A stretch of DNA of 32,000 bases. Source: Blochmannia endosymbiont of Camponotus modoc. GTDB taxonomy: Bacteria > Pseudomonadota > Gammaproteobacteria > Enterobacterales > Enterobacteriaceae. The stretch is from the NCBI RefSeq assembly GCF_023585785.1, contig NZ_CP097765.1, positions 510,001 through 542,000 of the forward strand, given 5' to 3'. Both the position numbers and the translations under genes were made by a program. This document shows, piece after piece, positions 9,928 to 22,349 of the stretch; position 1 is the stretch's first letter, and each line of letters starts with the position of its first letter. The notes beneath the pieces were generated by a model that was not told the DNA's origin, did not search any database, and saw only the letters and a list, made by a program, of their open reading frames with translations.

Positions 9928-10542
9928 ATGCGTGAATGCGTGCACATGAATATTTCATGTCATATACATATATCACATATATTATTAATTTTATTCGCTA
10001 TATTGACGTTGCAATCTTGTTGTTCAGGTATGTTAGCTATTGGAACTGCTGCATTTATAACTACAACATGGAATGATCCTCGTACTATAGGCACTCAATT
10101 AGATGATAATATCTTAGAAAATCATATTGCTCATGCTCTTAAAAAAAACAAACATATTAAAAAATCAACAAGAATAAAAACCACTGTATACCAAGGCAAT
10201 GTGTTATTGACTGGACAAACTCCTTCTATGTCTTACGCTAAAGAAGCTATAAAAATAGTAATAAAAATTAATGGGACAAAAAATATTTATAATGCAATTC
10301 GTCAAGATAAACCAATATGCATACAATCTATTCTTACAGATGCTTGGATTAGCGCTCAAATACACTTAATTTTTTTTATAAAAAACGATATACATGCTTC
10401 CAATATTAAAATAATTACAGAAAACAAAGAAGTATTTCTTTTGGGACAAGTTACTCATGAAGAAAGTAAATACGCTGAAAAAATAGCACATGCAATAGAC
10501 GGAGTAAAAAATGTATTTACCGCTTTTTCCTATACTACTTAA
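9928..10542 (+). CDS. dolP: Outer membrane lipoprotein with two BON domains, DolP/YraP-like; alternative start at 9946
   Basis: Signal/lipobox-like LFAILTLQSCCSG followed by AIGTAAFITTTWNDPRTIGTQLDDNILE, BON domains, and C-terminal VFLLGQVTHEES...VKNVFTAFSY; near rsmI as in E. coli (yraL...yraP). Confidence 0.9.
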   Translation: MRECVHMNISCHIHISHILLILFAILTLQSCCSGMLAIGTAAFITTTWNDPRTIGTQLDDNILENHIAHALKKNKHIKKSTRIKTTVYQGNVLLTGQTPSMSYAKEAIKIVIKINGTKNIYNAIRQDKPICIQSILTDAWISAQIHLIFFIKNDIHASNIKIITENKEVFLLGQVTHEESKYAEKIAHAIDGVKNVFTAFSYTT

Positions 10543-11997
10543 AATTTAGCGTAATTATAAGATCGTACATTATGCTATCTACTATCACATCCTTTAAAAC
10601 TTTTTACATAAGTCTACATGTAAACAATGCCTACAAATATTATATAAAAATATTTACTCTTATGATATTTATTATTAGGAATTAATTTTAATACCTAATT
10701 TTTTAGCCATCTTTTAATTTATTCCCATTCAATACTACATATAAAAATAACATTTTAATTTCTACTATATTTAATAACGGCTATTGTTCGCTAAGACTCA
10801 GAGGTAAAACTATAAAACAACTGTAATTGAAGAACATACTACACACAAAAAAATTAAATAACACACTTAATTTACATATTTATAAGTTTGCTTTATTTTA
10901 AATACACTTACAAATATACAACACAACGATACTCTTATCGATAAACTTCAAATTTTTTGAATTTTATATTATGTTTTCATTTACACCCATAATCAATTCT
11001 TGAGAATCCATTTCACAAATCCAATAAAATATCTAATCTACAAAAATAATGTCCTTGTGGAATAAGAATACACTTATTAAATTTATTAAACTAATGATAG
11101 TTAAAATGATACACCATGAATAAACTCTCACTGACTAAATACCAATTAATACAACAATTACATACAACTACTATTATATATAATCAACGGTAACAAATAC
11201 ATAAATTCATATTAAATGAATAAAATTCGTCTAATTAATTAAATAAAAATTAACAATAACATTAAAAATTTTAATAATCTCACCCTATGCATCAATTCAA
11301 ATAATATATAAACGATATTGTTGGGACTTCTCCATAAATTATGTAAATCACATCGTTTGTGATAAGAATGTGTTTTCTCCTTGCATTTAAATTAAACTAA
11401 TTCTAATTTTCACTAAAAAATATCGTATATTGTCATATCAAAAATAATTTTCATCTATATGAACAGAACAATAGTGACTTCTTGTTGTATCAAGTAAAAT
11501 TACATGATTACCATGTAACCACTATTAAAACGAAATCCATTGTAAATTACAATAATATACCCAAATAACAAAAATCTCATATAAAACAACAATTATAATC
11601 ATAATAAAGGATTGTATTCTCCTGTGATAAACATATCCTTATTACTAATCATTTAACATTATTCTCAAATAAACATCAAAAAATATAATATCCGAGATTG
11701 AATATTATGCCTATCTTTAAATTTGACTTACAATATTGAAAATAATGAATAAAAAATAAAATTAGATTGCTAATCTTCTCTAAGAAATACATATCTACCA
11801 ATTGTAATCAATACTTGTTCAATACACTTAAATTTTGATATAACGCAATAAAAATATAATGTCTTCAATTGAATCATCAACCGCACTTGTAGATTAATTA
11901 TATCTAATGTTCATTAAAATTTTTTATTCTTGATAATAATTTTATACATAATTATTGATCTAATACCAACTAATACATATGTTATATAAAAAAAATA

Positions 11998-12396
11998 TTA
12001 ACGCTTAGAAAACTGAGGACGCCTTCGTGCTTTACGTAAACCCACCTTTTTTCTTTCTACTTCTCTAGAGTCCCTAGTAACTAACCCAACTGATCGCAAT
12101 ACACCCCGTAATTTCTCATCGTACTGCAATAATGCACGTGTCATTCCATGACATATCGCGCCAGCCTGACCAGATATACCTCCTCCTTTTACAGTAATAT
12201 ATATATCTAATTTATCTAATAAATTAGTAATTTGCAAAGGCCTAATAATGGTTGCCTGTGTATTGTTTCTAGGAAAATATTGATCTAATGTACGTTTATT
12301 TATAATAACTCTTCCATTGCTTATCCCAAATTTAATAAACACTCGAGCAGAAGAAGTTTTTCTGCGTCCAGTACCATAATATTGATTTAAATTCAT
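11998..12396 (-). CDS. rpsI: 30S ribosomal protein S9
   Basis: [19 protein letters not shown] ... [28 protein letters not shown] ... [19 protein letters not shown]. Confidence 0.99.
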   Translation of the reverse strand: MNLNQYYGTGRRKTSSARVFIKFGISNGRVIINKRTLDQYFPRNNTQATIIRPLQITNLLDKLDIYITVKGGGISGQAGAICHGMTRALLQYDEKLRGVLRSVGLVTRDSREVERKKVGLRKARRRPQFSKR

Positions 12397-12423
12397 ACTT
12401 TATTTTCCATCTTTTTTTCTTCA

Positions 12424-12852
12424 TTAACAATCTATAAATTGAGGTTCTTGAGCAGCATGCGCATGTACATTTCCTGAATACACTCTAAGTCTACAATACA
12501 TCATCCGACCTAAGGGACCTTTAGGTAACATACCCTTTACTGCAATTTCAATCACCTTTTCAGGATATCTATTTATCATACTTTTAAAATTTAATTGCTT
12601 AATACCTCCAATATATCCAGTATGATGATAATATATTTTATCATCACGTTTATGACCACTTACAGATACCTCTTTTGCATTTAAAACAATAACATAATCT
12701 CCAATGTCGACATGAGGAGTATATTCTATTTTATGCTTACCAATTAAATATCTAGAAATCGCGGTAGATAAACGACCAAGTATTTTATTCTTAGCATCAA
12801 TAATATGCCATGCTCTCCTAATTACATGTGATTTTGCCATAAAAGTTTTCAT
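12424..12852 (-). CDS. rplM: 50S ribosomal protein L13
   Basis: [59 protein letters not shown] ... [12 protein letters not shown] ... [13 protein letters not shown]; upstream of rpsI. Confidence 0.99.
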   Translation of the reverse strand: MKTFMAKSHVIRRAWHIIDAKNKILGRLSTAISRYLIGKHKIEYTPHVDIGDYVIVLNAKEVSVSGHKRDDKIYYHHTGYIGGIKQLNFKSMINRYPEKVIEIAVKGMLPKGPLGRMMYCRLRVYSGNVHAHAAQEPQFIDC

Positions 12853-13380
12853 AAAGATAAATCCAACTCAATATAAAAATTCAATCATATCAACTAAATA
12901 TGAAGTAATTAATAAATATAAAAATAAGATACCTGATTGATATAGGGCTCGCGTACTGCTATTAAAACCAAATTTCTCTAACATCTTCGAATCTAAAATA
13001 AGTATACGTTAGTATTTACTTCATACAATATTCTTAGTCTATAGTACATATATATCAATTAAAACAAATAATTGATATAGTTAAGCAACAGTTTAACATT
13101 ATTTCATTTTTAAAATTATTCAAATATTTATTTTAAAAAATATTACTAAAACCTCTATCTATTTACTTATCTCATAGCATTCTATACGAATACTTATTGA
13201 TAAAGAAAATTAAGTAGAATAAAATTATACTGAACAATGTACATATTAGCTAATCAAGGATTGGATACTTACTACTTGAATTATTATAGTATAACATATG
13301 AACATATGCAAAAAATTATATATCAATCAGTTAACATACAAAAATGAACACATAAATAAAATAAATTTAGGAGTATTATC

Positions 13381-13779
13381 ATGATATGGATATGTATATT
13401 CGCAAGCTTAATAATTGGAATTATTATAGGAGCATTTATAATGTATTATAAAGCACGCTATTTATTACATGATCAAAAAAAATTATATAACGAATTACAA
13501 GATAAAAAAGTTAAACTAAATGAATACCAAAAAGAATTAAGTAATCACTTTATTTACACTATAAAATTATTAAATAAAATAGAAGATGATTACCGTCAAT
13601 TATATCATAATGTCAAAAGAAGCGCTAATTTTTTTTTACCAAATACACATATACAAGATAACATACACGAATTTAATACAAAAAAAACAATCATAAAACA
13701 CGAACAATTACCAATAGAAGCACCGTTAGATTATTCCAGTAATACGGAAAATACAATAAAAAATCATGATAATGAATAA
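13381..13779 (+). CDS. zapG: ZapG/YhcB-like inner membrane protein (DUF1043)
   Basis: 132-aa ORF with N-terminal TM helix, coiled coil, YQKELSNHFIYTIKLLNKIEDDYRQLYHNVKRSANFFLP; syntenic between rplM/rpsI and degQ. Confidence 0.88.
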   Translation: MIWICIFASLIIGIIIGAFIMYYKARYLLHDQKKLYNELQDKKVKLNEYQKELSNHFIYTIKLLNKIEDDYRQLYHNVKRSANFFLPNTHIQDNIHEFNTKKTIIKHEQLPIEAPLDYSSNTENTIKNHDNE

Positions 13780-13826
13780 TAATATAAGGAAACTTTTATT
13801 AATTTATATAAATTATTCGACGTCTT

Positions 13827-13848
13827 ATTATACTATGCATAGTATAAT
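13827..13848. repeat. 22-bp perfect palindrome ATTATACTATGCATAGTATAAT in the zapG-degQ intergenic region
   Basis: Sequence equals its own reverse complement; followed by a 6-bp stem-loop TAGGCA-ATTTATC-TGCCTA at about 13860-13878. Confidence 0.8.
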
Positions 13849-14009
13849 GATGTGTAATATAGGCAATTTATCTGCCTAAATCTGTTGTGGACATTAAAAG
13901 TTACCAAAAAATAAAATAGAAATTTGAATTTTAGTCATTAAGACTTTATGAACAATTTTTAAAACAATATTATTCTTGATTACAATATAACTAATTAAAT
14001 TAATTACCT

Positions 14010-15383
14010 ATGAAGATAACACATTTCCTAAAAATATTAAGTATATTATTCACATTGGGAATCTCATATGCTGAATCTTCTATAAATCATACAACATTTT
14101 CTACAGAAATGTCGGGACTCTTACCGAGTTTAGCGCCCATGTTGGATACAGTACTGCCAGCAGTAGTAAGTGTGCATGTTGAAGGTATTCAACCTGCGAG
14201 AAGACTTACATTGCCTAAAGAATTTAAATATTTTTTTGGACCAGATATCCCTGGAGGAAATTTTGGATCTAGACCATTCGAAGGACTAGGATCAGGAGTG
14301 ATTATTAACGCTAACAAAGGCTACATTATTACCAACAACCATGTTGTCAATGGTGCAGATAAAATTAAAATACAACTTAACGATGGTCGCGAATTTAACG
14401 CTAAACTGGTAGGACATGATGAACAAACTGACTTAGCATTACTTCAATTATTAAAATTTAAAAATCTCTCTGAAATAAAAATGGCTGATTCTGATATTTT
14501 AAAAGTTGGTGATTTTGCTGTTGCGATTGGCAATCCTTTTGGATTAGGTCAAACAGCAACTTCTGGTATTATATCAGCATTAGGAAGAAGTGGTTTAAAC
14601 CTTGAAGGATTAGAAAATTTCATACAAACTGATGCCTCCATAAATAGAGGAAATTCTGGAGGGGCTCTAGTAAACTTACATGGAGAATTAATTGGGATTA
14701 ATACTGCTATTTTAGCGCCTGGAGGAGGAAATATTGGCATCGGTTTTGCTATTCCTAGCAACATTGTGAAAAATTTAAGCCAACAATTAATTGAATTTGG
14801 AGAAGTAAAACGAGGTCAATTAGGAATAAAAGGCACAGAATTAACCGCTGATATCGCTAAAGCACTCAATATCGATGCGCAGCGCGGTGCATTTGTTAGC
14901 GAGGTGCTACCGGGTACCGCAGCCGCTAAAGCAAATATTAAAGCGGGGGATATTATCGTATCCATAGAAGGAAAACCAATAAAAAATTTTGCAGAATTAA
15001 GGGTGAAAATTGGTACTACTACTCCAGGTAAAAGTATAAAACTAGGATTATTACGAGATGGGAAAATACAAACAGTATCAGTTCTATTAGATGATAGCAC
15101 CTCTGTGAGTACCAGTGAAGAAATGTTAACCCCAGCATTACAAGGAGCTTCTCTAAGTAATGGATATTTAAAAGATGGAACAAAAGGAGTGCAGGTTGAA
15201 GACGTAGTAAAAGATTCTCCAGCTTACTCTATTGGCCTACAAAAAGGCGATATAATTGTCGGGCTAAATCGTACGAAAGTGCACAATTTATCTCAATTAC
15301 GTAAAATTTTAAACGAAAAACCATCAGTTATAGCACTTAATATTATGCGTGGAGATACAAACATATTCTTACTACTTCGTTGA
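14010..15383 (+). CDS. degQ: Periplasmic serine endoprotease DegQ (HtrA family, two PDZ domains)
   Basis: 457-aa ORF; catalytic contexts NNHVVNG, DLALLQL, RGNSGGAL; LAPMLDTVLPAVVSVHVEG; PDZ domains; zapG-degQ synteny supports DegQ rather than DegP. Confidence 0.95.
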   Translation: MKITHFLKILSILFTLGISYAESSINHTTFSTEMSGLLPSLAPMLDTVLPAVVSVHVEGIQPARRLTLPKEFKYFFGPDIPGGNFGSRPFEGLGSGVIINANKGYIITNNHVVNGADKIKIQLNDGREFNAKLVGHDEQTDLALLQLLKFKNLSEIKMADSDILKVGDFAVAIGNPFGLGQTATSGIISALGRSGLNLEGLENFIQTDASINRGNSGGALVNLHGELIGINTAILAPGGGNIGIGFAIPSNIVKNLSQQLIEFGEVKRGQLGIKGTELTADIAKALNIDAQRGAFVSEVLPGTAAAKANIKAGDIIVSIEGKPIKNFAELRVKIGTTTPGKSIKLGLLRDGKIQTVSVLLDDSTSVSTSEEMLTPALQGASLSNGYLKDGTKGVQVEDVVKDSPAYSIGLQKGDIIVGLNRTKVHNLSQLRKILNEKPSVIALNIMRGDTNIFLLLR

Positions 15384-15667
15384 TTTTTACTCTGTTTTAA
15401 ACAACGACACAGCTAAAAAATGGTATTAAACTCATACTTCATAAAATCATATCAATTACAATTGATATTTCAACGCATTAAAAATTAAATATCATAAATA
15501 TATGAATAATTTTAATTAATATTTTAAAAACTATCATAAATCATGTTTTTAATACATATTAAAATAAATTGTGATTATTCGGTACACTTAATTAACTCAG
15601 AAATATATCTTCTAAGAATATCACTGAAAATCATCGAAATAAAAATTGTTACAGACTGATAACAATA

Positions 15668-16936
<1,269 letters not shown>

Positions 16937-16981
16937 CTAATATCAATTATTATAATTAATTCATATTAATTAAAAACTACT

Positions 16982-17251
16982 TCATACATCGCATAATCCA
17001 CGCTTTTTATTCCATTCTTTAGGATTAAATGCTTGAATAGATATTGAATGAATTTCATTATTTAATATATACTTCATAAGAGGAGCATATATAATTTTAT
17101 GCCGTTCTAATTCAGTCATACCATCAGAAAAAATATGACTTACAGCAATAATTTGATAATTATCCTCATACAAAGAGACATATGCTTCATTTAATGATAA
17201 ATCTTTTAATAAAATACTTTTAATCTCATCCACGTTCATAATTTTCACCAT
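16982..17251 (-). CDS. ibaG: BolA-family protein IbaG (YrbA)
   Basis: 89-aa ORF with VSHIFSDGMTELERHKIIYAPLMKYILNNEIHSISIQAFNPKEW, upstream of murA on the same strand as in E. coli. Confidence 0.93.
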   Translation of the reverse strand: MVKIMNVDEIKSILLKDLSLNEAYVSLYEDNYQIIAVSHIFSDGMTELERHKIIYAPLMKYILNNEIHSISIQAFNPKEWNKKRGLCDV

Positions 17252-19758
17252 TTGAATAATTATAATAACAGAGAAACGCAGAATTATGTTCTCATATCTT
17301 TATGCCATACAATTATTATTTTACTGTTATTTTTATTTCAAAATATCAATCATTTATATTGCATTATGCATTTAAACAATGAATTATTTAAACTAAAATA
17401 ACTAATATAACTTAATTAATTGTTGTTTTCATTTTTCTAAGAAATAAATTACAATATAAAATATTCAAAAAATAACCAAAAAATATCAATAATTTCCGTT
17501 ATTAAATAGAATATTTTCTATATAATTATTATATATATCATAAATATGAAAAACTCTATATTTCTAAAAAATAGAAATATACGATAATATCCTTCCAACT
17601 ATAAATAAAAAAGATTATATATCTCATTCCTGAAATATCAGTATTTGATGCTACAATATTTATCTAAATATGAAAAATAAATAAGATCTAATTTTTTATT
17701 TTTTAGCATAAATACTATAAATAACCATTCTTTTTAAGATATATATATATTATTATATCTATCGGCTATAATGTTCTATACTGAAAAGATTTTATTTTAA
17801 TTGTTAATTCAAGCATAATAACATACCTCAAAAAACATATACTTAAATATATCAAAATTAATTGTAATCTTTTTTAATCAGTACAATTATATTCATGTAC
17901 AATAAAAATAAAAATTGATTAATTATATAATCTATTATATAATTAGTTAGTGTAGAAGTATCAACCCTCTTAAATAGAGAAACATTAATAATCAGCAGCA
18001 TCTATACAAACTTAAGAAATTATTTTTTATTTATTATAAAAATATGAGGTCTATTCTATTTGTAACTGCCTAATATAAATACACGTATTCTTATGATTTC
18101 AATACTAAAACTTAAAAAATAATAAAAAATAATAATTGATATTATTTACTATTGTAATGCATATAACTTTAATGTATATATCAATTATAATTTAATGCAC
18201 ACTAACATCAGGGGTCACTAATTTAAACTTAATGTCAACTATATCTTATCACTTTTAACAATACAACAATATTCATATATTAATGCTAAAATCACAAATC
18301 AATTCACTAAACATCAAATAAATAGCACTTTGCTTATATTTTTAAATACACTACATACGATCAATCAACAACTATAATTAATAATTTTCCACACTATCTA
18401 TCATGGATAGATAATATCTTTACCCATTTTAGAGTATGCATATTTTTAATTATTAATATCATCAAAAATAATAATAATTTAACAAAAATTTTAATAATTC
18501 TTAATCATCACTATCGATCAACAAATAATATTAGATAATCTAATTACTAACATAAAGGTAATTTTTATACTATAGTTAAATATCCTTAAATGAAAATTTT
18601 CTTAAAAAATTCAAATACCTTCCAATTTTCAATTTTTAACTTATTAAAGATCAAATTCTTTTTTAATTTTTAAAAATAAAAAAATAATAATTTTTATTTA
18701 AATACACTTTAAAATAAATACTTATTTTCAACAAATCACATCACGCTTACATCTCTATTTATAATGCACCTGTCAATCATTCCATCTATTATTAACAATC
18801 CATTATTTTTATTATTTATACTCTACATTCTAACTATACAATCATCATAAATAATAATTTAATTTTAAAAATAATATTTTTTATAAAAACAAAAATTAAA
18901 ATATACACATCCACTTAATGTAATAAGTTATAATATATAACTTATTTAATATTTTTACTGAAATGTCAAAAATTTATTAAGTGATCATAGGTACTCATCT
19001 ACCACATTAATGAATAAATAACAACAAACCTTTCGATATAAATAATCATTAAGAATGATAATAAATATATCTTATATAAAGATTATATATTCGTATGTTT
19101 TTAATGGGATAATACTCTTGATTAATCCATATTTTCACCTAAAAATAATTATTATTATGACACAAGTTATTTTTCTATTATATGCATAATACTTCATTAA
19201 AAATATGTATCAAAAAATTGAAATCTATTTTCTATGTATAAATAATATATGATATGAATTATGACTTTCATTAATAAATCTATTTAAAAATAAATTTATA
19301 GTAATGTGTGTTATTTACATTAAAATTCATTAATTGACTAGCAATGGTTTACATTGAATATATTCATACATAATGAATATATTTGCACAACTTAGCAATG
19401 ATACTTAACATGCGCGATCTTGTTATAGATGAAGACTTGAAAATACACAATGTCCCTCAGATATGCATATCACGGAAAAAATTATACAATGCTATATGCC
19501 GGCAATATTAATACGCAGTATTAACAACTGTATTTATAATTTATATCTTAATACAATTTTCTTATGCATTATCTTGTAAAAGATAATCTAAAAATATTTA
19601 ATATTATATATCTTAAATATCTGGTTATTTTAATATGTATTTCATGCAAAAAAAAGTTAAAACTAACAATCGTAACAATAATATTAAATCATAACCATCT
19701 CTTCAAAAATATCTTTTGTCGTCTAAAAATAAAAAATATTACATTACAATCATTAAAT

Positions 19759-20376
19759 ATGAAATCTCACATAATGTTTTATGTCTCAAAATCACTGAAA
19801 AAAAATAAAAAATACACTTTTATTTCAATTTTATTAATATTGATAATAATCTTTCTATCTTTTATTATAAAAAAATCATTAATCATGTTTAATACATCAT
19901 CACACCCATTAATTCAGCATGATATATGCACTCATCGAGGTAACGATGTAACAATTAACGTATACAGTAAAACTGGACAACTTAAATTTAAATTGACAGC
20001 GCACTGCATTCAACATTTTTCAAATCAAAAAATTACTTGGTTTATATGTCCTAGCATTACAGCTTTTGACAACAAAAACATCCCAAAGTGGAAAATTATA
20101 GCAAATCAAGCCAAACTAAGTTACGAAAAAATACTGCACCTATACGGATATGTATATATCAATCATTTAATACATGATGGATACTTTCAATCCATTATTA
20201 CAAACCAAGCGACAATTAACTTAATAACTCAAGATATTATTTCGAACGAAAAAGTAATTATACATGGTCATTATTTTTATTCTGTTGGGATGAAAATGCA
20301 TGCCAATTTACATACACAAACAGCAAAATTAATTGATAGCGTACAAACTTGTTATGAAATCCAACACATACGGTAA
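19759..20376 (+). CDS. lptC: LPS export protein LptC (YrbK); supplied ORF extends upstream to 19564 but the homologous part fits a start at 19759
   Basis: Single N-terminal TM, then IPKWKIIANQAKLSYEKILHLYGYVYINHL...ATINLITQDIISNEKVIIHG...GMKMHANLHTQTAKLIDSVQTCYEIQ, matching E. coli LptC; followed by lptA and lptB. Confidence 0.9.
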   Translation: MKSHIMFYVSKSLKKNKKYTFISILLILIIIFLSFIIKKSLIMFNTSSHPLIQHDICTHRGNDVTINVYSKTGQLKFKLTAHCIQHFSNQKITWFICPSITAFDNKNIPKWKIIANQAKLSYEKILHLYGYVYINHLIHDGYFQSIITNQATINLITQDIISNEKVIIHGHYFYSVGMKMHANLHTQTAKLIDSVQTCYEIQHIR

Positions 20377-20863
20377 ATACAAAATAATACTTACTTACAT
20401 TAGTATATTTTTAATATTTCCATGCTCTCATGCTTTAACACATAAAAAATCACAAATACTTCAAGTATATTCTGAATGTCAATCAATTAATATGTTGACT
20501 AATACAATAACTTTTACAGATCGAGTTATACTTAAATATAAAAATATTGATCTTTATGCAGATAAGATATTAATCTCTCATACAGAAGATACACATCATC
20601 TTTCCATGATAGAAGCACACGGAAATCCTGTTACTTTAAATCAAACACAAAAAATGGGGAATGTGATGTTTGCTCAATCATCGATAATACATTACAATAC
20701 CAGCGATGACACTATTACTCTGATTGGTAATGCTTATATAAAACAATCAGGAAATTCTATACACAGTGATAAGATCATATATTCAATAAAAAACAAACAA
20801 ATAAAAGCCATTGCCAACCAAGGAAATAAAGTTATAACAATTTTATCAGAAAAATCCATCTAA
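20354..20863 (+). CDS. lptA: LPS transport periplasmic protein LptA; overlaps the 3' end of lptC (ORF track start 20333)
   Basis: Signal peptide, then LQVYSECQSINMLTNTITFTDRVILKYKNIDLYADKILI...YNTSDDTITLIGNAYIKQSGNSIHSDKIIYSIKNKQIKAIANQGNKVITIL; OstA/LptA-like fold pattern, syntenic. Confidence 0.88.
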   Translation: MKSNTYGKYKIILTYISIFLIFPCSHALTHKKSQILQVYSECQSINMLTNTITFTDRVILKYKNIDLYADKILISHTEDTHHLSMIEAHGNPVTLNQTQKMGNVMFAQSSIIHYNTSDDTITLIGNAYIKQSGNSIHSDKIIYSIKNKQIKAIANQGNKVITILSEKSI

Positions 20864-20907
20864 AATATATTTAACACACACTATATAATTAGTTATAGTT
20901 TAATTTC

Positions 20908-21633
20908 ATGACAACACTGACTATAAAAAATCTATCTAAAATTTATAAGGGACGGTATGTAGTTAAAAATATAAGCTTATACATAACTTCTGGAGAAATT
21001 GTTGGATTATTAGGCCCAAATGGATCGGGAAAAACCACAACATTTTATATGATATTAGGAATTGTTCAACACAATTCTGGTAGTATTTCAATTGATGAAA
21101 AAGATATTAGCATGTTACCAATCTACCGTAGAGCTCGATTAGGAATAGGCTATTTACCTCAAGAAAGCTCGATTTTTCGTCGATTAACTGTATTTGACAA
21201 TTTAATGGCTATATTGCAAACTCAACGTAATCTTAATACAAAAAAACGTAATAAACTTATTATAGAATTGATGAATAATTTTCATATCAGTCATTTAAAA
21301 AATAATATTGGACAGACGTTGTCTGGAGGAGAACGAAAACGTGTAGAAATTGCACGAGCATTGGCTGCTAATCCTAAATTTATATTGCTTGACGAGCCAT
21401 TTTCTGGAGTAGATCCAATTTCAATAACAGATATACAAAAAATTATTAAACAACTTAAAGCCCGAAAACTTGGAATACTAATAACCGATCATAATGTAAG
21501 AGAAACATTGCGTATATGTGAGCGAGCATATATAGTTAACCAAGGAAAATCAATTGCACATGGATCTCCTAATGAAATATTGAATAATAAGCACGTACAA
21601 CAAGTATACTTAGGAGATATATTTAAGCCATAA
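20908..21633 (+). CDS. lptB: LPS export ABC transporter ATPase LptB
   Basis: Walker [10 protein letters not shown], signature [51 protein letters not shown]; after lptCA. Confidence 0.97.
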   Translation: MTTLTIKNLSKIYKGRYVVKNISLYITSGEIVGLLGPNGSGKTTTFYMILGIVQHNSGSISIDEKDISMLPIYRRARLGIGYLPQESSIFRRLTVFDNLMAILQTQRNLNTKKRNKLIIELMNNFHISHLKNNIGQTLSGGERKRVEIARALAANPKFILLDEPFSGVDPISITDIQKIIKQLKARKLGILITDHNVRETLRICERAYIVNQGKSIAHGSPNEILNNKHVQQVYLGDIFKP

Positions 21634-22349
21634 CACACGATATGATTATATTTATATATATAATATATTCAAATAAACAATTTTAACAATTTAAAACTCA
21701 AAAATCATTACGAATAATCTAAAAAATGATTTGTAATATGTATATTACAAATATCATGTAAATTAATCTATAAATAATCAAATTTAACACTCTGCATCAA
21801 AGTGAATATAAAATTACTAATAACGGATACTTTATATGTCGTATAATAAAATATGGGTATCATCAACTAGATAATTAGAACCCAAAAACAACTTTTAAAC
21901 AGAAATATTATACTAATTTATAGCAATCAGGCAAAACAGTTATAAATTGATAATATTTTAAATATGAAATACATTTATATTTTTAATAGATTAATATTAC
22001 TTTAACTAGAATAGCTATTCTTGCTTATAAATATAAAAAGAAACAAGATATGAAGAATATTATCAGCTATATTTCTAATGTCACTCAAAACTAATTATTA
22101 TTAATATTACCCTGAACCTTATTGAATCAATATTTAAATTGCTTTAGACTTTCCCGATACCTATTTAAATGGCAATCAAGATATATTGCTGTTATTAACA
22201 TAGTATCTACAGATTAATGTGAATATATATTCTACGCGAATATATTATATATAACCCAATCATTTATATCTAAAACTATATTTTTAAAGCACACCGAATG
22301 CCTCGTTAGATATAAGAAAGAATTTAATTAAATACACAAGAAAAAAATT

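Noticed and set aside
9955-9975. Stem-loop ACATGA-ATATT-TCATGT at the second candidate dolP start
   Set aside because: A 6-bp stem is common by chance at this composition and there is no independent support for regulation.
14549-15100. Minus-strand ORFs 14549..14764 and 14816..15100
   Set aside because: Antisense to degQ; shadow ORFs of a conserved coding sequence.
17252-19563. Possible CRISPR, transposon or phage remnant in the largest spacer
   Set aside because: No regular direct repeats, terminal inverted repeats, integrase or transposase motifs; only AT-rich low-complexity sequence.
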